Source: Heteronotia binoei
Taxonomy: Eukaryota
Assembly (NCBI RefSeq): GCF_032191835.1
Contig: NC_083243.1
Coordinates: 94,674,001-94,738,000 of the forward strand
Length of the DNA: 64,000 bases
Direction of reading: 5' to 3'
Shown one piece after another: positions 57,201 through 64,000 of the stretch. The number at the start of each line of letters is the position of its first letter. Within the stretch, counting starts at the first letter, position 1. A model generated the notes under the pieces. The model ran no database searches. It was not told the DNA's origin and saw only the letters and a program-made list of their open reading frames with translations. The translations under genes and the position numbers were made by a program.

Positions 57201-58440
57201 AAGCCTAGGTGGCATAAAGAATCACTTACCTTCCTGAGCTGTGCCCCAACAGAGGAACCCAGCATATGTTGGTAGACATAATGGATAATGCTCTTCTGCA
57301 TCTTTTGCTGATAAAAAGGTGTTCCTGTATTTCTGATTATGGAGGTATGGAAAGTCTGACCTGCTAGACAATAAAAAGACATTTAACATTTGTTTATGTG
57401 ATCACTTAGACCACATCTGCTCTGCTTCAGTGGAAGTGAGAAGAACACAGGCATTTTTCAATACTTGTAATGTGAATTCAGCAAGCATGGTGTATACATA
57501 GCAGAAAAAAGAAAAATGGAATTTGCTCCACAGAAATAACAGAGTTGTCTCCTCCTACATGTCCTAAAGACAGAATACCCAGTATATACTGGAGAAAAAT
57601 GGGCGTTTTTCAATTTTTCTGGTGGAAAAATTGGAAATTGAGAAATTGGGAAAAACCTCTTCTAAAATATTTCTCTATGAACAATGTAATCCATGTTAAG
57701 GAAAGTTTTTAAAATATTGTTTTTTCTCCCCCAAAATGATAACTACGTAAAACAACCTAAAGGCAGATTAATTCCTTCATACTAGTATACGTGAAACCAT
57801 CACAGATAAAATAGCATATGTGAAATCACTACTACAGAAGTACCAAATGCAGCAAAAAAAGCTAAAAATAGAAGGCAAACTAGGAAGTGATTAACCTACA
57901 AGCCACTTTAAACAAACCATGTAACTCACCATTACACAAAAGATTTTTTTAAAAATTTCTTCTCTGCTGTTGTCAAGAAACTAGGTTGTGTTTTTACATT
58001 TACATCACTGTCGAAACCATGCACACATACTTGCATGCGCACGCGTGCATGCACATTTGAATTTTTGAGTTTTTTAAGGAATTTAACTGAAGAGGAACAG
58101 AGGTGTTCTCTCCTTAGAATAAATGAAGGCAATCAAAAACTGACGGTGTGGGGCTCACGCGCTTGAGCCCCCAGACCCCACAAAGCCTGATGACAGAAAT
58201 ATGGGTGGATCATGCGTTTGGCATATCGGCCTGAGCCGCCCACGGTGTGTCTGAAAGGCTAAAAGGCACAGACATCTTACACTCGTATTCTTGCTTCCTT
58301 TTGCTGACACATGTATTCTTGATAAATTGCTGGCTGTGTCAAATCTTGGGGGCTTTGAAGACATGACTTCATGGACATATGACTTCCTGTCAGGGCTTTT
58401 GTCTGTTTGATGCTGTAAGCTGTTTTTTTTTCTGGCACTA
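33044..58440 (-). CDS. DDB2: DNA damage-binding protein 2 (WD40), complement join(58281..58440 tentative,57230..57360,55742..55933,51582..51727,44938..45037,44113..44290,36523..36668,35753..35917,34206..34251,33044..33291)
   Basis: Exons 2-10 spliced by hand with GT-AG and consistent phases. Diagnostic segments: [68 protein letters not shown]. The 5' end is uncertain. Confidence 0.96.
34206..34251 (-). CDS. DDB2: DDB2 exon 9 ([15 protein letters not shown])
   Basis: 46 nt, tttgcag| and |gtaagt. Confidence 0.97.
35015..35659 (-). mobile_element. Solo LTR in DDB2 intron 8
   Basis: TGTCA...TGACA termini, 5-bp TSD ccatg; minus-strand ATAAAAGG and ATTAAA; short SINE/L2 tail nested at about 35460-35515. 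Confidence 0.85.
35753..35917 (-). CDS. DDB2: DDB2 exon 8 ([18 protein letters not shown]...[12 protein letters not shown])
   Basis: 165 nt, tttag| and |gtgagt. Confidence 0.98.
36523..36668 (-). CDS. DDB2: DDB2 exon 7 ([22 protein letters not shown]...[13 protein letters not shown])
   Basis: 146 nt, contains the FQH lesion-insertion hairpin. Confidence 0.98.
37372..37468. repeat. 44-bp inverted repeat with 9-nt loop
   Basis: Arms 37372-37415 and 37425-37468, 2 mismatches. Confidence 0.95.
38255..38705. mobile_element. hAT-like non-autonomous element
   Basis: TIR tagggttgcca / tggcaacctta. Confidence 0.7.
40481..41707. mobile_element. hAT-like unit with CpG-rich cargo
   Basis: Flanked by identical ctctagag (40473-40480, 41708-41715); left end cagcgtttcccaaa is a typical Charlie TIR; right end only ...aaccctg. 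Confidence 0.55.
41960..42240 (+). mobile_element. L2 3'UTR remnant
   Basis: gtgagccgccctgagcctgcc...gggtgggatataaatc(aaat)n tail. Confidence 0.7.
44113..44290 (-). CDS. DDB2: DDB2 exon 6 ([39 protein letters not shown]...KPVNS)
   Basis: 178 nt, tgtag| and |gtaaga. Confidence 0.98.
44938..45037 (-). CDS. DDB2: DDB2 exon 5 ([33 protein letters not shown])
   Basis: 100 nt, ttaaag| and |gttagt. Confidence 0.97.
45122..45425. mobile_element. Partial hAT MITE related to 27421-27999
   Basis: caggtgtgtcaaacatgtggcc end; cagccaatggaggggcttggctctgtagctctgctgt shared. Confidence 0.6.
45516..46442 (+). mobile_element. Solo LTR (927 bp) in DDB2 intron 4
   Basis: TG...CA termini, 5-bp TSD aggtg (45511-45515, 46443-46447), ATTAAA at 46050, 85/86-bp tandem duplication in U3. 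Confidence 0.9.
46500..46795 (+). mobile_element. Penelope-like element 3' end with hammerhead core
   Basis: ctgatgacgtgtgcttttagcacacgaaagct...aataaaactttgttggtcttaatggtgctactggactc. Confidence 0.8.
46926..47611 (+). mobile_element. Probable solo LTR (degraded)
   Basis: Starts TGTGAC, purine-rich body, AATAAA at about 47531, ends ...cctaca; no TSD found. Confidence 0.45.
48223..48704. mobile_element. Non-autonomous DNA transposon (agggatgggcacgaac-type TIR) with internal palindromic repeats
   Basis: TIR aggggtgtacacgaac / gtttgtgcccatccct; many subterminal gaacc/ggttc motifs. Confidence 0.7.
49050..49240 (+). mobile_element. 5S rRNA-derived SINE (SINE3)
   Basis: ctgatcacatcagatctcagaagct...tgcttgggtgggagacc...gaaatacc resembles the 5S head; (CA)n tail. 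Confidence 0.8.
50795..51010 (-). mobile_element. 5S rRNA-derived SINE (SINE3)
   Basis: Reverse complement cctgatctcatcagatcttggaagctaagcagg...gtacttggatgggaaacc...ggaatacc. Confidence 0.85.
51582..51727 (-). CDS. DDB2: DDB2 exon 4 ([48 protein letters not shown])
   Basis: 146 nt, ttgtag| and |gtaaga. Confidence 0.98.
52218..52506 (-). mobile_element. Sauria SINE
   Basis: (accttt)-like tail, gcttgcacagggg, gggtactcattttaccgacctc.gaaggatggaaggctgagtcaacc core. Confidence 0.9.
52869..53050. mobile_element. Palindromic hAT MITE
   Basis: TIR caggggcggaattctagcagga / tcctgctagaattccacctctg; perfect 8-bp TSD cagactac. Confidence 0.93.
53433..53647 (+). mobile_element. L2 internal fragment
   Basis: gtcacctcg..tagattactgtaatgccctctacatggggctgccc ([15 protein letters not shown]). 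Confidence 0.85.
53648..54349 (-). mobile_element. LTR of the same family as 45516-46442, opposite orientation
   Basis: Reverse complement ends ...agggagttgacaggactgggtctgaagattgaatcaggccagttccactaca, matching 46390-46442; far end abuts an L2 tail. Confidence 0.8.
54350..55117 (-). mobile_element. Young 5'-truncated L2
   Basis: Uninterrupted 181-aa C-terminal ORF 54572-55117; 3'UTR gagcctgcttcggcggggagggcgggg and A-rich tail. Confidence 0.95.
55742..55933 (-). CDS. DDB2: DDB2 exon 3 ([10 protein letters not shown]...[15 protein letters not shown]...FIKG)
   Basis: 192 nt, GT-AG. Confidence 0.98.
56891..57176. mobile_element. Fold-back (palindromic) MITE, probably PIF/Harbinger-like
   Basis: Arms of about 139 bp with about 10 mismatches; TIR gggcgttttcgcactga. 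Confidence 0.85.
57230..57360 (-). CDS. DDB2: DDB2 exon 2 ([10 protein letters not shown]...[21 protein letters not shown])
   Basis: DDB1-binding helix region; donor aag|gtaagt; acceptor choice slightly ambiguous. Confidence 0.9.
58281..58440 (-). CDS. DDB2: Probable DDB2 first (or second) coding exon ([11 protein letters not shown]...[11 protein letters not shown])
   Basis: Basic N-terminal-like frame ending SAKGS, strong donor agt|gtaaga, upstream acceptor gcctcag. Start codon and splice phase are ambiguous. Confidence 0.55.
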
Positions 58441-58581
58441 CTGAGGCAGCAATAAATAAACCCTTGCTCAAAGGGGCAAGGCAGACGCATTCTCCCCTCA
58501 ACACATGTCGAGAGTCTTCATTCCTACAGATGGGCTGATAATCACTGAAATAACTGGTTCAGGACACACTGCACACACTCT

Positions 58582-58878
58582 AAAAGTAAAGGCAGTCCCC
58601 TGTGCAAGCACCAGTTGTTTTCGACTCTGGGGTGACGTTGCTTTCACAACGTTTTCATGGCAGACTTTTTACGGGGTGGTTTGCCACTGCCTTCCCCAGT
58701 CATCTACACTTTCCCCCCAGCAAACTGGATACTCATTTTACCAACCTCAGAAGGATGGAAGGCTGAGTCAACCTGGAGCCAGCTACCTGAACCAGCTTTT
58801 GCTGGGATCGAACTCAGGTCGTGGGCAGAGGGCTCCGACTGCAGCATTGCAGCTTTACCACTCTGCGCCATGGGGCTC
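58582..58878 (-). mobile_element. Sauria SINE
   Basis: Same family as 52218-52506. Confidence 0.9.
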
Positions 58879-60009
58879 TTGCACACACTTGAATTGGTTT
58901 CATTTGCTTTCGTACTGCCAAATCTGATTCACAACATATTATTGTGACACTATTATTTTCATTATCCAGAAAGCAACCACACACAAGACAACAAGGGCTC
59001 CACATACATCTGGAAGTGCAATTTTATAACAAATGTAGTTTCAGAGTCTACTTCCTATAGTCAGTCACCCTCAATAAGCTCTTGTATATCAAGCCTGACA
59101 ATCTAAATGGGCACACATTTTAGCAATGCACTGCCAAAAACCCAGAAACCGTTAAAAATAGTGTAGGAGGAAAGCTCAATCTTCAAATTAGTATTCAAGT
59201 TATAGTGGCAATACAGAGGTCAAATCTTGGCCCTAGTTAAGAAACTAAAAATTCCAAAAGCATGACAGCATTAATCCCAGAAATTCTCCGTGAATCTCAG
59301 ATTAAATGAGAATATTCCAAGTTTATTTTGTGTGCACTGACAGTAGCTTGATGCATTTTGTTTTCAACAACAGACCTGCTGACTCTTCACAGAAGAGCCT
59401 AAAAACATTTGTGTTCAGGGAGAATTCTGCTGAGCAACACAACTTTTTCTCTTTTTTTGAACACAACCAGTTCTACAGTGCTTGCGTTATTCTTTTCTTT
59501 TTTTTCCTGAAAGGGTCACTAGGCCTATTTACACAATACAGGATCTGTTCAATCATGTCCACAATGTGGTCTAATTATATACAAAGCAATTGAATATAAC
59601 TTCCTCCAAACCCATGATGTCAGATGGATGAAGAGAAAGATCAAGTGAAGTCAACATTCAACTTGCAAGGCAAGTCATAATAAATAAAATACAGAAGGAA
59701 GCAAAAAAGCTACACCATCAAAAAGTACTCCCTAAGACAGAGGTCCCCATCACCAGTATGGTACCTGAGGTCACCATGGCACCTATGACCTTTTCTGGCA
59801 TCTGCCAAGTGTTTTTAGGAAGTAAGACAGACTCACTTCTGACCGAGTACTGGAGATTTGATTGGCTGTGCAGATTTTTTTTTTTAAATGTTGCTTTGGC
59901 AGCAGCTGCTATCACACCACAAGGTACTACACATCCTTCAGGACTTTGGCAGAGGGAAATTAATCCAGCCCACATCAGGGCAGACTATTAAGGCGACTAC
60001 AGCGGAAGA

Positions 60010-63000
60010 CTCATTCAGAATTCCAAGATGGTGACGAGGCAGGAGCTCGGTGCTAGACCTCCCTGAAACCAAGCTTCCTTCTGCTTGCTAGCCACCTGAA
60101 ACATCAAGTGCAAACTATCAAGTGCAAACCTAGGAAATATAACTTCACTCTACCTCAGAGGAGAGGTGTGCGTCGTCGGAGGGCCCGCGGAGAGCTGCGG
60201 AGTTTGGCTGCCGACTTTGCAAGGTGGGGCCTGTTACGGACGCGGAGGTAGCCGAAGCGGCTATCTGGCTGGGGCGCGGCCGACCGACTGACGAGCGGAG
60301 TCGGGTGGCGTTGAGCGGAGCCGGCTGATGCCGAGGAAAGCAGGGCCGGATACTCCCATACGACGGACGCAGCTATCGGGGGGCTGGGCTGCTGATGCGG
60401 CCAGCCGCCGGAGAGGAGCACCGCGTAAGGGGGAACTGGCAGCGATTAAGGTGCTGTTAGCAGAGAAGAGAGCCCGGGAGTTGTCGGGCACGTGGACGGA
60501 GCAAGGACTTTCAAAGAGTAAAGACCTTAATGAACTGGTCAATTCCACAAGGCAACTGTGGAACCCTGTAGCGTGACAGGGGGACACGAGGGGGGTTTTC
60601 ACCCCTCCCGGACCTGCCAGGTTACACGGGGGATACTGGATTTGAACCCTTGGCTACCGGACATGTGTTACCCTACGCCTTGGTGTGTGACCGCTACTCT
60701 ATGTATACCATCCAATACGGCACTATTTCAACGCCTGCACTCTGCACTTTACTCTGCTCAGCACTTTACTTACCACTCTACTCCGCACTTTATCCTGGTT
60801 GGGAAGAACTTGCACTGATTAGCACGACAGCACTTTCCTGCAATTTCTACCTCCATCTGCTCATAAATTGCTAGCTTAATTGGATTTGGTCAATTAACTC
60901 ATTGTGATTGTTTTATGGTACTGATTGGGTCTGAATGATACAATTTTTTGGGCAAATTAATTTGAGGGTGTTTATTAGGGAGGGATTTATAGTCAATTAT
61001 TGCCATTTGATTTAACCTATGTGTTTTACCAATTAATGTACAAAGGGAGATTTGGGTTGGGCTTGATTGGGTTGATTTGAAATTGGGAGCCAGCGGGTGG
61101 AGTGGATTGGGGAGTTATTTGAGGGTGGTGCTAGTCGGCATTGGAGGCATTGGCTATGACAACGGTTCCACTAGCCGGGATGATTGGCTCAGGGATTCCA
61201 GTGCTCTTGGGGAGGGGGAGGTATGGCGGTGGGAACAGGCAACGATATAGGGGAAGGGGGTCGAGACCAGCCAGTGCTCGACCACTTTCCAGTCTGTGTC
61301 CCATCCCGACGGTGACAGGTAGTAGGGCCAGATTGGATGACCCACCTCCATCATTGGTGTTATGCAATGCCAGGTCCATTAATAATAAGTCCTCTGTCCT
61401 TCGAGAGTTTTTACTCGAGCAGGACATGGACCTGGCTTGCGTGACTGAGACCTGGGTTCGAGAGGGAGATACAGTGGCCCTCTCACAAACAGCTCCCCCG
61501 GGTTACTCAGTCTTTCACCAATCGTGGATTAGCGGGCGGGGGGGAGGAGTGGCGTTGTTCATATGAGAGGCTTACTCCTTTAGGGCGCTCCCAGCCCCAA
61601 AGATCGAAGGTATTGAATGTGCCAGTCTGGCGTAGGAAGTTGGAGAGGGGTTGGCGATTTGGCTGGTGTACCGTTCGCCTAGCGCACCAGCCAACGCCTT
61701 ACCGTCCCTGCTCGAGGCTGTGGCAGGCTGGGCGTTGGAGCACCCAAGGCTGGTGATCCTGCATGACTTCAATGTCCATGCTGATGACCCGGCCTCCAGT
61801 TCGGCGACGGACCTAGTGTCATCCATGGCGACACTAGGGCTCTCTCAATTTGTTACATCTCCCACGCACCAGGCCGGGCACATGTTAGACCTGATCTTTG
61901 CAGCCAGGGTTATGGTGGACGATATAATCGCAGAAGCGGTGCCATGGTCGGACCACCTCGCCCTCAGGGCTCGTGTGGACGCTCCACGCCAAACCTGTCT
62001 AGGTGATGAGCACATTATGGCTCGCCCACAGAGCCAGATGGATCCGGAATGGTTCCAAATGGCTCTGCGGAATCCCTGGCCCTCTGGTGATTCCCTCGAT
62101 GACCTGGTTGAGACCTGGCATAGCCGGCTCTCCAGGGTCATTGATGAGATCGCACCTCGACGCCCTCTGCGACCTCAGATTAGGCTGGCGCCATGGTATA
62201 CCCCGGAACTACGCCAGCTGAAACAGGGCCTCAGACGGCTAGAGAGGCAATGGCAGCGTACTGGTGACGAAGCGGCTAAAGCATCTTATAGGGAGTTTAT
62301 GAGGTCCTATGAGATGGCAGTCAAGGCCACAAAGAAAACGTACTTTGCGGCTAAGATTGCGTCTGCAAATTCGCGCCCGGCACAATTGTTCCGGACAATT
62401 CAGAACCTTACTACATTGCCACAAGGCAAACCAAATGTTAAGGAATTAGAGATAGGCTGTGAGGCATTTGTGAAATTTTTTGCAGACAAAGTCCAGTCGC
62501 TCCACCGCGACTGCCCTGCCATATTAGATACAGTATGTGAACTCGAGGCTCCATGCCTGTCTTCTGGTTTGACTCTGGACCGTTTTGACCCGCTCGGCCT
62601 AGAGGAAGTTGACAGAATCCTCTCTACTGCACGCCCAACAACTTGCGATTTGGACTCGTGCCCCTCCTGGCTAATTAAAGCTTGCCAGGAGGAGCTGAGA
62701 TGTCCTATACGGGACATCATAAATAGATCTCTTTCGGAGGGTTCTTTTCCATCCCCTCTGAAAGAGGCAGTGGTCCACCCCCTCCTGAAAAAAGCTACAT
62801 CAGAATTGGCTCATTACCGGCCGGTCTCAAACTTGCCCTTTTGGGGCAAAGTCATAGAGAGGGCTGTGGCGTTGCAGCTACAGAGTTTCCTGGATGATGC
62901 TTCCAGCTTAGATCCATTCCAGTCCGGCTTCCGCCCGGGCCATGGGAAAGAGACAGTATTGGTCGCCCTCATGGATGATCTCCGGCGACATCTGGACCAA

Positions 63001-64000
63001 GGTGGTGCGGCGGTATTGCTGTTGTTAGACCTTTCGGCTGCATTCGATATGGTCGACCACCGGCTGTTGACCCACCGCCTCACCGACGCAGGGATTCAGG
63101 GGTTAGCCTTGCAGTGGCTTTCCTCTTTCCTGGAGGGCCGGGGACAAAGGGTGGCGATTGGGGGAGAGCTGTCCTGGAGACACCTACTTAATTGTGGGGT
63201 GCCTCAGGGGGCAGTTCTCTCCCCGATGTTATTTAACATCTACATGCGCCCCCTTGCCCAGATTGCCCGGAGATATGGGCTGGGTTGTCACCAGCATGCG
63301 GATGCCACCCAGCTCTATCTACTGATGGGCGGCCGGGCTGCCGATGTCCCTATAAATTTGGTCCGGGCGTTGCAAGCTGTGGCAGATTGGATTAGGTCAA
63401 GTGGGCTAAAATTGAATCCAGCGAAGACAGAGGTCCTTTACCTAGGCTGTGGTGGTCCGGAGGGAGGGATCTCCCTTCCAGCTTTTGACGGTGCGTCACT
63501 GGTACCAGTGCGCAGGGTCAGGAGCTTGGGAGTGCTACTGGAGTATTCCTTGACAATGGAGGCCCAGATAGCAGCCACTGCCAAATCTGCCTTCTTTCAT
63601 CTTAGGCGGGCGAGGCAGTTGGCTCCCTTCCTGGAATGCAATGACCTGGCAACAGTGATCTATGCAACGGTCACCTCGAGGCTAGACTACTATAATGCCC
63701 TCTACATGGGGCTGCCCCTGTGCCGAACTCGGAAAATGCAGCTAGTGCAGAATGCGGCAGCCAGACTGCTTTTGGGCCTACCCCGGTGGGAACATGTGCA
63801 GCCTAGGCTGCGGGAGCTGCATTGGCTGCCAATTGTATACCGAGTTCGTTACAAGGTGCTGGTTATTACCTTTAAAGCCCTATATGGCCGAAGACCTGCC
63901 TACCTTAGGGACCGCCTCTCTGCATATGTTCTCCAGAGAGCACTACGATCCAGTTCACAAAACCTTCTGGAAGTACCTGGGCTAAAGGAGGCCAAATTAA
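60010..64000 (+). mobile_element. Near-full-length L2 LINE (runs off window), inactivated
   Basis: CpG-rich 5' region; ORF2 APE (LCNARSINNK, ACVTETW, GRGGGVA) with stops at 61564-61566 and 61633-61635, then open to the window end; RT motifs QSGFRPGH, LDLSAAFD, GVPQGAVLSP; catalytic YADD reads HADA at 63295-63306. Confidence 0.96.

Overview
This is eukaryotic (vertebrate) genomic DNA, almost certainly squamate and most likely gecko, judged from Squam3-type and Sauria SINEs, 5S-derived SINEs, BovB, CR1 and young L2 LINEs. Two protein-coding genes lie tail-to-tail. ACP2 (lysosomal acid phosphatase, + strand) is complete: 11 coding exons, 14169-28635, 428 aa. DDB2 (UV-damaged-DNA binding protein 2, - strand) has exons 2-10 fully resolved at 33044-57360 and a probable first coding exon near 58281-58440 whose start codon is unresolved. 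A CpG island at about 3.4-4.1 kb with minus-strand splice donors probably belongs to the head-to-head neighbour (NR1H3 by vertebrate synteny; this is inference and no coding exon was recognised). A large part of the remainder is transposon-derived: a full-length 4,013-bp RTE LINE with a 14-bp TSD in ACP2 intron 3, a near-full-length dead L2 running off the right edge, solo LTRs, Penelope fragments and many hAT and palindromic MITEs. There is a 144-N assembly gap at 1526-1669. Best leads: the AviRTE-like RTE and a MER1A/Charlie3-like MITE (possible horizontal-transfer families); a 1.2-kb TSD-flanked hAT-like unit carrying promoter-like CpG cargo in DDB2 intron 6; a Penelope hammerhead core; several long hairpins; inverted LTRs around DDB2 exon 4; and a phase-consistent unannotated exon chain between the two genes. 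No new biological system is demonstrated. TE family names come from recalled consensus features and need Dfam/RepBase confirmation.
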